DNA of 64,000 nucleotides from NCBI GenBank assembly GCA_964459225.1, contig CAYWKB010000001.1, forward strand, positions 32,356 through 96,355, in the 5' to 3' direction. The notes beneath the pieces were generated by a model that was not told the origin of the DNA, did not search any database, and worked only from the letters and a program-made list of their open reading frames with translations. Made by a program: the position numbers and the translations under genes. This document shows, one piece after another, positions 9,790 through 18,670 of the stretch. Each line of letters starts with the position of its first letter. Within the stretch, counting starts at the first letter, position 1. This DNA comes from an uncultured Candidatus Saccharibacteria bacterium. Its GTDB lineage: Bacteria > Patescibacteriota > Minisyncoccia > Phycocordibacterales > PALSA-1337.

Positions 9790-11082
9790 TTAGAGATTTC
9801 TAATCGCTCTTACAAATACTTCCCCTCTATGTTTGCGTGAATTATAAATACCCACAGCATCAAATGCTGGACTAAATAATACAATGTCACCTTTGCTTGA
9901 ATTATTGAAAGCAATTGATACAGCATCATCTATATCAAATGCATGGAGTACATTGACTTCATTTATTTTGTCTATAACACTTCTATATCCAATGGTTCCA
10001 CTTCCTGGTAATACAATTATATTTTTTACATAATTTGATAATTCCTTTAATAAAAAATTATAGTCATGACCTGTATATGAACCACCTATTATAATAGAAA
10101 TATTTTTATTATTTGATAATGATTTTAATGCCAAAATAGTTGAATGTGGTGATATGGATGAAGAATCATTATAAAACTCTATACTATTAACCTTCTTTAT
10201 GGCTTCAATACGTCCTTTAAGACCCAAAAAGCCCTGTATAACCTCTTTTGCTATGTCTTTTGATACCTTGAACAATTCACTGGTTTGTAGGGCTAAAGAG
10301 GCATTTTCCCTGTCATAAGCAACCTTTCTATGTGAAATCCAATCACTTGGAATACTGCTACTTCTTGTCCTTAATATCTTTGCCCTAATTTCAATTTCAT
10401 CCTTAACTAAATCGATAACATTATCAGAGGCAATAATAAAGTTATTGTATGTTTGGAATTCTAATATTTTTGAAGAGATCTTTGATGTTAGTACTGCAAC
10501 ATGAGGACTAATACGAATTTCATGATAATAAGGTATGAGATTTTCTTGAATGCGAACAATAACAACATCGCCTTTTTTAATCTTTTTTAAGTGTGTGAGT
10601 ACGCCATTTGATGTATCTGAGTCAATAACAAAAAGCCCCTGATCCTCATAATCAACAAAAGACTTTTTAAGCATTTGATGTATCAAATGAGCAACTGTGC
10701 TTTTACCGTACACACCAAGAACACCGATGATTGTAACTGTTGGAACTAATTTAAAAAATAATATCTCAGCATATTCAATCTGTATACCTGCCTCAATTGC
10801 CTTTTTAAGGAAATGAGATTTTTTAGAGATATCAGAGGAAAGTATTATGAGATCCGAATCAAGTAAATCATTTTGATTTATCTTCCCATAACTAACTTTA
10901 TTCAAATTTAAATCAATTAAATCTGAGGCGATATCTTCTAACTTTGATTCACTTCTCATATCATACACAGAAACAATTGATTTATTTTTTGCAAGAAACT
11001 TTATATCAGCCAACATCTCTCCATGTGGACCTAGTCCTATTACTGATATTTTTTTATCTTTAAAAAAGTCTTTGTATATCAC
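9790..11082 (-). CDS. Divergent MurD-like ligase
   Basis: N-terminal VIGLG, GVYGKSTVA P-loop, FYNDSSS, IIGG, GDIVLFSPA...RGEVF. Confidence 0.8.
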   Translation of the reverse strand: MIYKDFFKDKKISVIGLGPHGEMLADIKFLAKNKSIVSVYDMRSESKLEDIASDLIDLNLNKVSYGKINQNDLLDSDLIILSSDISKKSHFLKKAIEAGIQIEYAEILFFKLVPTVTIIGVLGVYGKSTVAHLIHQMLKKSFVDYEDQGLFVIDSDTSNGVLTHLKKIKKGDVVIVRIQENLIPYYHEIRISPHVAVLTSKISSKILEFQTYNNFIIASDNVIDLVKDEIEIRAKILRTRSSSIPSDWISHRKVAYDRENASLALQTSELFKVSKDIAKEVIQGFLGLKGRIEAIKKVNSIEFYNDSSSISPHSTILALKSLSNNKNISIIIGGSYTGHDYNFLLKELSNYVKNIIVLPGSGTIGYRSVIDKINEVNVLHAFDIDDAVSIAFNNSSKGDIVLFSPAFDAVGIYNSRKHRGEVFVRAIRNL

Positions 11083-11089
11083 AATATCA

Positions 11090-11407
11090 TTATAGCAAAT
11101 CGTAATCTTTAATTGATTTTGGATTAACGATCAGACCTTTTACCTTTATTAATTCCTGTAAAAGCGCCTGCATTTTTATCGTTTCCTCATCGCTTATATT
11201 TTCAAACATAGCAAATGAAGCGAACTTTCTCAAGAAAAGATTATACACATCATTAAAATACTTTTCTAGCAAGTCTACATCATGTAATTCAATTTCTCCG
11301 TCTTTTATCATTTCTATATTATTTGGTCTTTTTACACCTTCAAAATATAGGAAATCATCAGACAAAATGCCCTGAATAATAGGTATATTCATTGAATATG
11401 TTTTCAT
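11090..11407 (-). CDS. Hypothetical protein
   Basis: 105-aa ORF in gene-dense context. Confidence 0.6.
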   Translation of the reverse strand: MKTYSMNIPIIQGILSDDFLYFEGVKRPNNIEMIKDGEIELHDVDLLEKYFNDVYNLFLRKFASFAMFENISDEETIKMQALLQELIKVKGLIVNPKSIKDYDLL

Positions 11408-11419
11408 ATTTTTTATTAT

Positions 11420-12145
11420 TTAATAATTAGCTTTTATATTTTCGTAATTATTTCTAGTAATTATTATGTGATCTAGTATTCTAATACCCAATATCTTCCC
11501 TGCTTTAATCAATTGTTCTGTTATCTCAATGTCTTGTGTGCTTGGAGTACTAACATCTGATGGATGATTATGAGCAAGTATAATAGCAACCGCCCCATAC
11601 TCAATCGCTGGACGGAATACTTCTCGAGGATGTGCTATGTTTGAGTTTATTGTTCCAACTGAAATCAATTCATCATGAACAATACGATTATGGCTATTTA
11701 GATATAGACCGCGGAAATGCTCCTTTGAGAGATTTTTCATATCACTTAAATATCCGAAAGCGTCTTCAGCTGTACGAATAGTTACAAAACCTCTAGAATT
11801 ATGTGAGTAGTATCTCCTGCCTAACTCACCACATGCTACAATTTGGCATGATTTAACGATTGGAATATTTGACTCTTCTGATAATCTTTTTGGATTTCTT
11901 TCTTCTATTATACTTTTTTCACCATAATCTCTAACAAGTCTATTGACCATTTCGAGCACACCCTCTGATTTTGTGCCTGAATTTAAAACAATTGCCATTA
12001 ACTCTTGTAATGATAATGTTTCTGGACCGTATTTGATTATCTTTTCCCTTGGTTGCTCATCCCTTGGTATATCATGTATTTTTAGAACATACTCTTTATT
12101 GATATTATCTAATACTAAATCAGTATTTATATTTTTGTATTTAAT
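11420..12145 (-). CDS. radC: RadC/JAB-domain protein; start probably upstream of the ATG at 11998
   Basis: EHFRGLYL, HPREVF, HNHPS, PSTQD, LDHIII; conserved N-terminus LKIHDIPRDEQPREK lies in frame upstream of 11998; 5' boundary uncertain. Confidence 0.85.
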   Translation of the reverse strand: MKYKNINTDLVLDNINKEYVLKIHDIPRDEQPREKIIKYGPETLSLQELMAIVLNSGTKSEGVLEMVNRLVRDYGEKSIIEERNPKRLSEESNIPIVKSCQIVACGELGRRYYSHNSRGFVTIRTAEDAFGYLSDMKNLSKEHFRGLYLNSHNRIVHDELISVGTINSNIAHPREVFRPAIEYGAVAIILAHNHPSDVSTPSTQDIEITEQLIKAGKILGIRILDHIIITRNNYENIKANY

Positions 12146-12194
12146 AAATTTTTAATTTTATTTTAATAATTTATAGCCATATTAATTATTACTC

Positions 12195-12227
12195 AAACAA
12201 AAAATGCCCACAAGAGCATTTTTTGTA
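12195..12227. terminator. Hairpin/terminator
   Basis: CAAAAAATGC...GCATTTTTTG inverted repeat. Confidence 0.55.
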
Positions 12228-12318
12228 AAAATTTTATCAAAATTTTATCTTATGTGGATAACTTGTTTTGATTTATCAAAACAGAAATCCCCTTGTGGGA
12301 TAACTGGGATAAGTAATA

Positions 12319-13734
12319 CTATATTGTCTCAATCAACATCATATTTGTCTCCAAAACCTTACCGAAAGGCATTCCTGATGCGATCACCACCTTATCACCC
12401 TTTGCTGCTAATTTTGATTTAATAGCTGTCTTTCTAACTACTGACATTATCTGTATGATACTTGAAAACTTTGGTACCAACACTGCATAACATCCAAATG
12501 TTAATGCTAGTTTATTTGCTGTTGTTTGATTTGAAGTTAATGCAATTATTCTTTCTGCTGGCTTATATCTTGCTATCATTCTTGCTGTTCTTCCTGATTC
12601 TGTTAATGCGACTATAAACTTTGCCTCAACACCATGTGATGCTTGTACTGCAGATTGTGATGTTATATCTGTTATACCGTGTAGATCTTGGTATTCTGCT
12701 ATTACGTCTTTTGTAAATACTTCTTTTTCAACTCTCAATGCTACACGTGTCATCATTGAAACTGCTTCAACCGGGAAATCTCCGAGTGTTGTTTCTTCTG
12801 AAAGCATTATTGCGTCAGTTCCGTCAATTATTGCATTTGCAATGTCTGAAACTTCTGCACGAGTAGGTACTGGACTCTTTATCATTGATTCCAACATTTG
12901 TGTTGCTGTTATAACAGGCTTTCCTACTGCATTACATTTTTGTATAAGCATTTTTTGTACCAATGGAACTTCTTCTGCTGGTATTTCAATTGCCAAGTCT
13001 CCACGTGCAACCATAAGACCATCAGAAAGTTTGATAATTTCATCGATATTTTCCAATGCTTCTGGTGTTTCAATCTTTGCGATAATTCCAGCCTTACTCT
13101 TTACCTTATCAAGTATTCCTCTTAGCTCTGTAATATCTGAAGGTCTACGTACAAATGAAAGAGCAATAAAATCGACTTTATTTTTAATTCCAAATTCTAG
13201 ATCCGCACGATCTTTTTCTGTGATTGAACTTATAGATAGATATGCACCTGGAAGATTTACTCCTCTTTTATTTTTGATTTCACCACCGACAATAACCTTA
13301 GTAATAACATTATTACCCTTTATATCTGTAATTTGTAATTTCTTTTTACCATCATGCAAAAGAACATAACCACCAACTTTTACTTCCTTTGGTAATAATG
13401 GATAGTTTACATATACTCTTTCCTCATTTCCCATTACCTTATCTGTTGTTAGGGTAAATGTCTGTCCCTCTTTTAAAACAATTAATCCTTTTTCAAATTC
13501 ACCAATTCTAATCTTTGGTCCTCCAAGATCTTGAAGTATGGCTATATTTTTACCTGTCTTTTCAACTACCTTTCTTAGATTTTCGACTCTGTTTTGATGT
13601 TCAGCAAAGTCTCCATGAGAAAAGTTAAGTCTCATTACATTCATTCCTGCATCAACAAGATCCTTTAACTTTTCTACCGTTTCAGTTGCTGGACCTATAG
13701 TACAAACTATCTTTGTTTTCTTGCCGTTATTCAT
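12319..13734 (-). CDS. pyk: Pyruvate kinase
   Basis: TKIVCTIGP, RLNFSHG, DLGGPKIR, AKIE, MVARGDL, ATQMLESM, PTRAE. Confidence 0.97.
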   Translation of the reverse strand: MNNGKKTKIVCTIGPATETVEKLKDLVDAGMNVMRLNFSHGDFAEHQNRVENLRKVVEKTGKNIAILQDLGGPKIRIGEFEKGLIVLKEGQTFTLTTDKVMGNEERVYVNYPLLPKEVKVGGYVLLHDGKKKLQITDIKGNNVITKVIVGGEIKNKRGVNLPGAYLSISSITEKDRADLEFGIKNKVDFIALSFVRRPSDITELRGILDKVKSKAGIIAKIETPEALENIDEIIKLSDGLMVARGDLAIEIPAEEVPLVQKMLIQKCNAVGKPVITATQMLESMIKSPVPTRAEVSDIANAIIDGTDAIMLSEETTLGDFPVEAVSMMTRVALRVEKEVFTKDVIAEYQDLHGITDITSQSAVQASHGVEAKFIVALTESGRTARMIARYKPAERIIALTSNQTTANKLALTFGCYAVLVPKFSSIIQIMSVVRKTAIKSKLAAKGDKVVIASGMPFGKVLETNMMLIETI

Positions 13735-13832
13735 TTTCTTATTGAAATTAATATTACTTATCTATAAATATATGGTTAATAATACGAAATGACATATTAC
13801 TATAAAATACGTCATTTTGCAAAATAGAATTA

Positions 13833-15152
13833 TTATTTAATATATTTCTTATTTATTGTAATTGAAAAGTAACCTAATGAAATAAATAAGAATCCAAGAA
13901 TAACTAAAGAGACAGGCCAGCCTATTGAGTTTGCAAAATATTCATTTGTTATATAAGAAGCAAAAGCAAGCAAAGATACAGTACTAGCGATCAATATAAT
14001 TAAACTTCTAACATATATTGATAACGCGAAGCTAAAAATAACAAGTATTAGGAAAAATATTTGCCAAGGTAATGATCCAAATATCTCTGAAAATGCAGAT
14101 CCGAGTAGACCAATAATACCTAATAAGTTTAGCGGCTTAATTAGAACCGCATTCCAAGTATCTTTAAATGAATATGATAACAATAAATAAACCGCACCGA
14201 TAACCATTGTTAGATAAACATAAATATGTGTTTCTGGACCAAGATAAGATCCCAATGTCGCACTAAGTATTGAATATAATAGAGCAGAACCATTTAAAAT
14301 AGCGAGTAAGGTTAATCTTGTATCTTTAAGACGGGTGTTAAGTGAAAGATAAAGGAAAAATATAGTTCCAAGAGAAAGAACTAATGGCCATACTGAATGT
14401 CTATAACCATATGAATAAATATTTATATATTGAATATAAACCGCTATCTGTATTCCAAAAACACCAAACAGATTAAGTATTCTTACAAGCTTATCATTCC
14501 ATCCATTTTTAAATGAATATGCTAAAAACATATACGACATACCTATAATTATAGTAAGATATGCGTACAAATTATAATAACTATTTAACATTCCTTTTGT
14601 GATAGCTTCTACCAAAAGATAGATAAATGCTGTCCCATTTGCGATAGTAAAGAAAGTCAAAATAACACTTTTATGTATTGAATTTATTATTAAATAAAAT
14701 GCAAAAATTAATCCAAAAGTAATCGCTAATGGCCATTCTGGTGGTTGTCCAGTACTAAACTCCATAAGAGTTACAAGAGCACCTCCAGGTATTAACATTC
14801 CTCCAATAAAATGGAATATTTTACCAACATCACTCTCTTTATTACTCTTATGTAAAAGTGATCCACCACCAGTAATAACTAGACCCATTCCGAGAGTAAT
14901 CAATATTCTTCCAAATGATCCTATGTAATACCATATTTGATAAGTAAATAAGATAACCCCAACGATAACAATAATTGCACCCAAAACATATAGTAACTTT
15001 GTAACAGAACTTGATGTAATAGCTGTTGAGTTTTTTAAAGGTAATTCACTTTTTATAGCATTAATTTTAGAAAGATTCACCACTTCATCGTGATTAATCT
15101 CGCCTGTATTAATTTTATTTGAGAGCTCATTTAATAATTGTTCTTTATTCAT
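13833..15152 (-). CDS. Multi-pass membrane protein (DUF2157-like) with internal duplication
   Basis: Many TM segments; two similar ~115-aa units. Confidence 0.7.
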   Translation of the reverse strand: MNKEQLLNELSNKINTGEINHDEVVNLSKINAIKSELPLKNSTAITSSSVTKLLYVLGAIIVIVGVILFTYQIWYYIGSFGRILITLGMGLVITGGGSLLHKSNKESDVGKIFHFIGGMLIPGGALVTLMEFSTGQPPEWPLAITFGLIFAFYLIINSIHKSVILTFFTIANGTAFIYLLVEAITKGMLNSYYNLYAYLTIIIGMSYMFLAYSFKNGWNDKLVRILNLFGVFGIQIAVYIQYINIYSYGYRHSVWPLVLSLGTIFFLYLSLNTRLKDTRLTLLAILNGSALLYSILSATLGSYLGPETHIYVYLTMVIGAVYLLLSYSFKDTWNAVLIKPLNLLGIIGLLGSAFSEIFGSLPWQIFFLILVIFSFALSIYVRSLIILIASTVSLLAFASYITNEYFANSIGWPVSLVILGFLFISLGYFSITINKKYIK

Positions 15153-15173
15153 AAAAATATTTTATTTTAAATA

Positions 15174-15749
15174 TTAATTTCTATCTGGAATTACCCAACC
15201 TAAAAATTTAAAGTTATTTTGATAATTATATCTATCGTTAATATCAATTAAATTTAATTTTGACTTACTCTTACCTTTTGTAAGGTAATAACCATAAGAT
15301 GAATAACCGCCACCCACAAAAGGAAATATAAAATAATCACCTCTTCTGTCGTATGAACTAGAAATGGTAATTTGATCAGGGGAAGTTAATAAATCACTCA
15401 AAGTCATGATTTGAGCCTCTTTTAAAGATATTTCCCTACTTTCATTTTTTTGGGTGTCATGAAAAAAAATATGTTCTGAATATTTTTCGATAGAAACATC
15501 TTTATCATCTTTACCATTTTTATTCACTAATAATTTACCGTCAACAACAGAATATATTTCTTTTGAATAATCATTACAGTTATATGGATAGTGATTGTTA
15601 TTATCCATGCACATTGAATAAATAAAATTATAATTAGTCTTTATAAAAGCTGAAGGAATATAAGTTACACAAACAACTACAACAATTAGTATTATCGGTA
15701 AGGAAAAAGCCAAAAACAATGCGAAATTATCTTTTAAGATTTTTTTCAT
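15174..15749 (-). CDS. Hypothetical membrane-anchored protein
   Basis: N-terminal TM; ATG 15749 preceded by TGTTATAAT. Confidence 0.7.
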   Translation of the reverse strand: MKKILKDNFALFLAFSLPIILIVVVVCVTYIPSAFIKTNYNFIYSMCMDNNNHYPYNCNDYSKEIYSVVDGKLLVNKNGKDDKDVSIEKYSEHIFFHDTQKNESREISLKEAQIMTLSDLLTSPDQITISSSYDRRGDYFIFPFVGGGYSSYGYYLTKGKSKSKLNLIDINDRYNYQNNFKFLGWVIPDRN

Positions 15750-15825
15750 ATTAACGATATTATAACACAAATTAGATTTATATTCTATATTTGAATCATT
15801 AATCTAAATATATATACATTATCCT

Positions 15826-15846
15826 TTGTGCGCGTGCTAGGATTCG
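15826..15846. repeat. 21-bp direct repeat of the tRNA-Ile 3' end (att-like)
   Basis: TTGTGCGCGTGCTAGGATTCG identical at 15826-15846 and 16703-16723. Confidence 0.9.
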
Positions 15847-15869
15847 GTCACAAAAATTTTAGTATATAT

Positions 15870-16703
15870 CTATCCTTGAGGTAATTTTAATTCTCCAATA
15901 CCTTCAACCATATCTCTTATCTTATCAGAAAATTGTGGATAGGCAGTTACACTAGCTTCGAATCTAAGATCCAGCGTCTTACCATTACCATCCATAAAAT
16001 ATAGGTCTGTAATATGTTTAAAATCACCTGTGTATGCTGCAATATGATAGATTCGTGTGCTATTTTCCATCTGAATACTGATCATGTCCTTTGTGGCTTT
16101 ATTAAGTATTATCTCACTAATTATCATTTCATTCTTTGGAATATCATTTATCATAGTAAGATAAATATTTTCAGCGTTATTTGATTCGGTGCTTGTACTT
16201 ACATCATATATAATATCTGAAAAATCATCATAGTTTTCCCTTACCTTAGGGGTAAATTTCATACCCTCAGATCCGTATTTACCCATTACCCAATTATTGG
16301 CGAGCCAATTTGGAACAGACCATGCAAACGCACCATGAGCGAAATACCCCACTATATTACTAATATTTTGATCTCTCTTTTCTTCAAATAAATACGAGTA
16401 CTTACCTTGAATATTTGTTGTTGATGCCGTAATACCATCATATGTCGGTGCAACATTTCTAATTCTAAAAAATTTTTGCTGAGAATCAATTACCTCAGAA
16501 AAACTCTCACCAGACTTATGAACTTGTGGGGTCTGTTCAACTATATTTGTTTTTGATATCTGAATTAAATCCGTGGTAGTTGTGGCTATTTCATTAACTA
16601 CACTTTGCTTATTTACAAAAGAAATATAGTGAATAGAACCAATCAACAAAAATACAATAACTACTAGTAGGAAAATCACAGTATAAAGTATTTTATTTTT
16701 CAT
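15870..16703 (-). CDS. Hypothetical membrane-anchored exported protein
   Basis: Likely start MKNKILYTVIFLL at 16703; the track's upstream extension runs through the tRNA. Confidence 0.75.
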   Translation of the reverse strand: MKNKILYTVIFLLVVIVFLLIGSIHYISFVNKQSVVNEIATTTTDLIQISKTNIVEQTPQVHKSGESFSEVIDSQQKFFRIRNVAPTYDGITASTTNIQGKYSYLFEEKRDQNISNIVGYFAHGAFAWSVPNWLANNWVMGKYGSEGMKFTPKVRENYDDFSDIIYDVSTSTESNNAENIYLTMINDIPKNEMIISEIILNKATKDMISIQMENSTRIYHIAAYTGDFKHITDLYFMDGNGKTLDLRFEASVTAYPQFSDKIRDMVEGIGELKLPQG

Positions 16704-16705
16704 TG

Positions 16706-16778
16706 TGCGCGTGCTAGGATTCGAACCTAGGACCCCACCAGTATCAGTGGTGTGCTCTACCAACTGAGCTACACGCGC
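16706..16778 (-). tRNA. tRNA-Ile(GAT), CCA not encoded
   Basis: GCGCGTGTAGCTCAGTTGGTAGAGCA CACCA-CTGATAC-TGGTG GGGTCCTAGGTTCGAATCCTAGCACGCGCA cloverleaf. Confidence 0.95.
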
Positions 16779-16846
16779 ATACATTAAATCCCGTATTTAC
16801 CGTCAAAATATATCAAAAATCATTACTAATAGCAATTATAAAGTTT

Positions 16847-16875
16847 AAAGGTCGCGAGTGTAAGTCGCGACCTTT
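16847..16875 (-). terminator. Intrinsic terminator
   Basis: AAAGGTCGCGA...TCGCGACCTTT hairpin. Confidence 0.7.
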
Positions 16876-16904
16876 GTTTGTGTTTGTTCATTTGTTTGTT
16901 TTTT

Positions 16905-17129
16905 CTACCAAGGGGTTACGATACTGATAGCAAGACTTGTTATTGGTAATGTCACAAATGCTATAAACATAAGTGCACAGAACACAACCTTTGACGCAGG
17001 CTGTCTGTCAAACCAGTTAATAACTCTCCTCCAAATTGGCTTTCTGGAGAGAAAATTATCACCGCCTAGCAATAGTACCCCTTGTAAAGGAGATAACGAT
17101 GAGCTTTTCATACCTTTAACTTTATACAC
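16905..17129 (-). CDS. Small orphan protein with C-terminal TM segment
   Basis: 74-aa ORF followed by its own terminator; start uncertain. Confidence 0.5.
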   Translation of the reverse strand: MYKVKGMKSSSLSPLQGVLLLGGDNFLSRKPIWRRVINWFDRQPASKVVFCALMFIAFVTLPITSLAISIVTPW

Positions 17130-17233
17130 CCTAATATTGATTATGTCAAATAAATTAAGTTATTAATCATTAATAAAAAAGCACCCAGCATGGTCAATGC
17201 GGGTGCTTGTTATCATCGGAGGATGATGTTTAT

Positions 17234-18316
17234 TTAGTGAACTCCATCATCGGAATGATCGTAGAGGTCAAACTTAATTCTCATTCTACCATCAATTGGT
17301 AACTTACCCTTTTTCGGTAGTAAATACCCTACATGATTATCTCTAGGCAGCATGATTGCTCCAAATCCATGCTGAAATCCTTTACTTACTAGTGAGGGGT
17401 ACTTCGTTTTCCATTTCTCATGCTCATCTTCAGGATGAATACAAAGAGAAAAATTAGACGAACTTCCTCCTCCCTGCATTGAATTAATGTGAAGTGTTGG
17501 GATATCAAATCTCCAAGTGGCTACCCTATGTTGCTGGTCACGAGGAATACATCCAAGAACATCATTTTGTCGTTCCCCGTGAAGTAGCATTCCAAATAAG
17601 TAGCGTCTGACAGCGACAATATTATTCTGATCACTGTTATAAAGCCGTAAAAGGACTTCATCGCGTGCTCCATAAGACAATACTTTTGTTAAACACCCAT
17701 CACCCCTCCACCATTTTGTAGCGTTATAGCTCTGCATGAGACCTTGAAATCTATTTTCGTGGGAAAATCTTGTAGTCTTTTCCCATTCAGACAAGTTTTC
17801 CTCAAGATCAGGCAATATACTATAGAGTTTACTTAACACATCATCAGTGTGTTTAGCATGTCGATTTCGAGCAAACTTCTCCAGATCATCAACAGAGTGT
17901 GTAAGACCCCATATAATCATTGGTAATGTGATATATGGATCAAAGATGACTGCTGTGACTGGTGTAGTCTGATCTAGTGGAAATGATTCACCTTCAATCG
18001 TTTTTCCATATACTAGTGCATTGTACAATTCACTATAAGCATGTTCATGACCATCACGCCTAAGCTTAGCCAACAGACTCAGCATAACCCCAACACTTTT
18101 ACCATGATCGCTCCAGTCGCTTACCACCTTAGATGGTAGTGTGTTCACTCCTAAAAATGAATAGGAAGATTTACGGAAATACCGCCTACAATATTTAAAC
18201 GCATTATTATCGGTAAGTTTTTCGCGAAGCAGTTCCAACTGCTTCTCTCTACTTTTTTTACTAGGTGCAAAGACTCCAGGCAATTGATTCATAAAAAAAT
18301 CCATCTGAAGTGACAT
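17234..18316 (-). CDS. Orphan hypothetical protein (360 aa)
   Basis: Long ORF, more GC-rich than neighbours; candidate own promoter and hairpin at ~17175-17210. Confidence 0.75.
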   Translation of the reverse strand: MSLQMDFFMNQLPGVFAPSKKSREKQLELLREKLTDNNAFKYCRRYFRKSSYSFLGVNTLPSKVVSDWSDHGKSVGVMLSLLAKLRRDGHEHAYSELYNALVYGKTIEGESFPLDQTTPVTAVIFDPYITLPMIIWGLTHSVDDLEKFARNRHAKHTDDVLSKLYSILPDLEENLSEWEKTTRFSHENRFQGLMQSYNATKWWRGDGCLTKVLSYGARDEVLLRLYNSDQNNIVAVRRYLFGMLLHGERQNDVLGCIPRDQQHRVATWRFDIPTLHINSMQGGGSSSNFSLCIHPEDEHEKWKTKYPSLVSKGFQHGFGAIMLPRDNHVGYLLPKKGKLPIDGRMRIKFDLYDHSDDGVH

Positions 18317-18440
18317 CTCTTGCGAGATTGCCGATTGTCTAATCTATCTCTTGCGACATAGATGAGGACTGTAAACCACCATACACACGTATAGTGAAAT
18401 CCATTAACATAGTACTCTCATATAAATATTTGTAAATACC

Positions 18441-18475
18441 AAAACAAAAACCACTCTTTTGGAGTGGCTTTTGTT
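18441..18475 (-). terminator. 16S transcript terminator
   Basis: CCACTC-tttt-g-GAGTGG hairpin with TTTTTGTTTT tail on minus strand. Confidence 0.75.
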
Positions 18476-18482
18476 AATATTA

Positions 18483-18508
18483 ACTGTTCTTTATTTTGTT
18501 CCGTTCAT
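18483..18508. repeat. 3' arm of 16S processing stem (pairs with 20290-20315)
   Basis: ACTGTTCTTTATTTTGTTCCGTTCAT is a near-perfect inverted copy of ATGAACGGAACAAAATAGAAAACAGT. Confidence 0.8.
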
Positions 18509-18670
18509 CCGGTCAGTATCTCTATAGAGGATACCGACCTATGTCCTTTATCTCGCGGACTGAGTGTTCACTTTTAGGATGTAGAACAATAATCCTTGTT
18601 TATCTTACGATAAAAATCGACTCGGTTAGAAATATTTACGCCGAAGCAATAAATAATTTCGTATGATCAA

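Noticed and set aside
16704-16784. N-terminal extension of the 304-aa ORF
   Set aside because: It is the tRNA-Ile sequence read in frame
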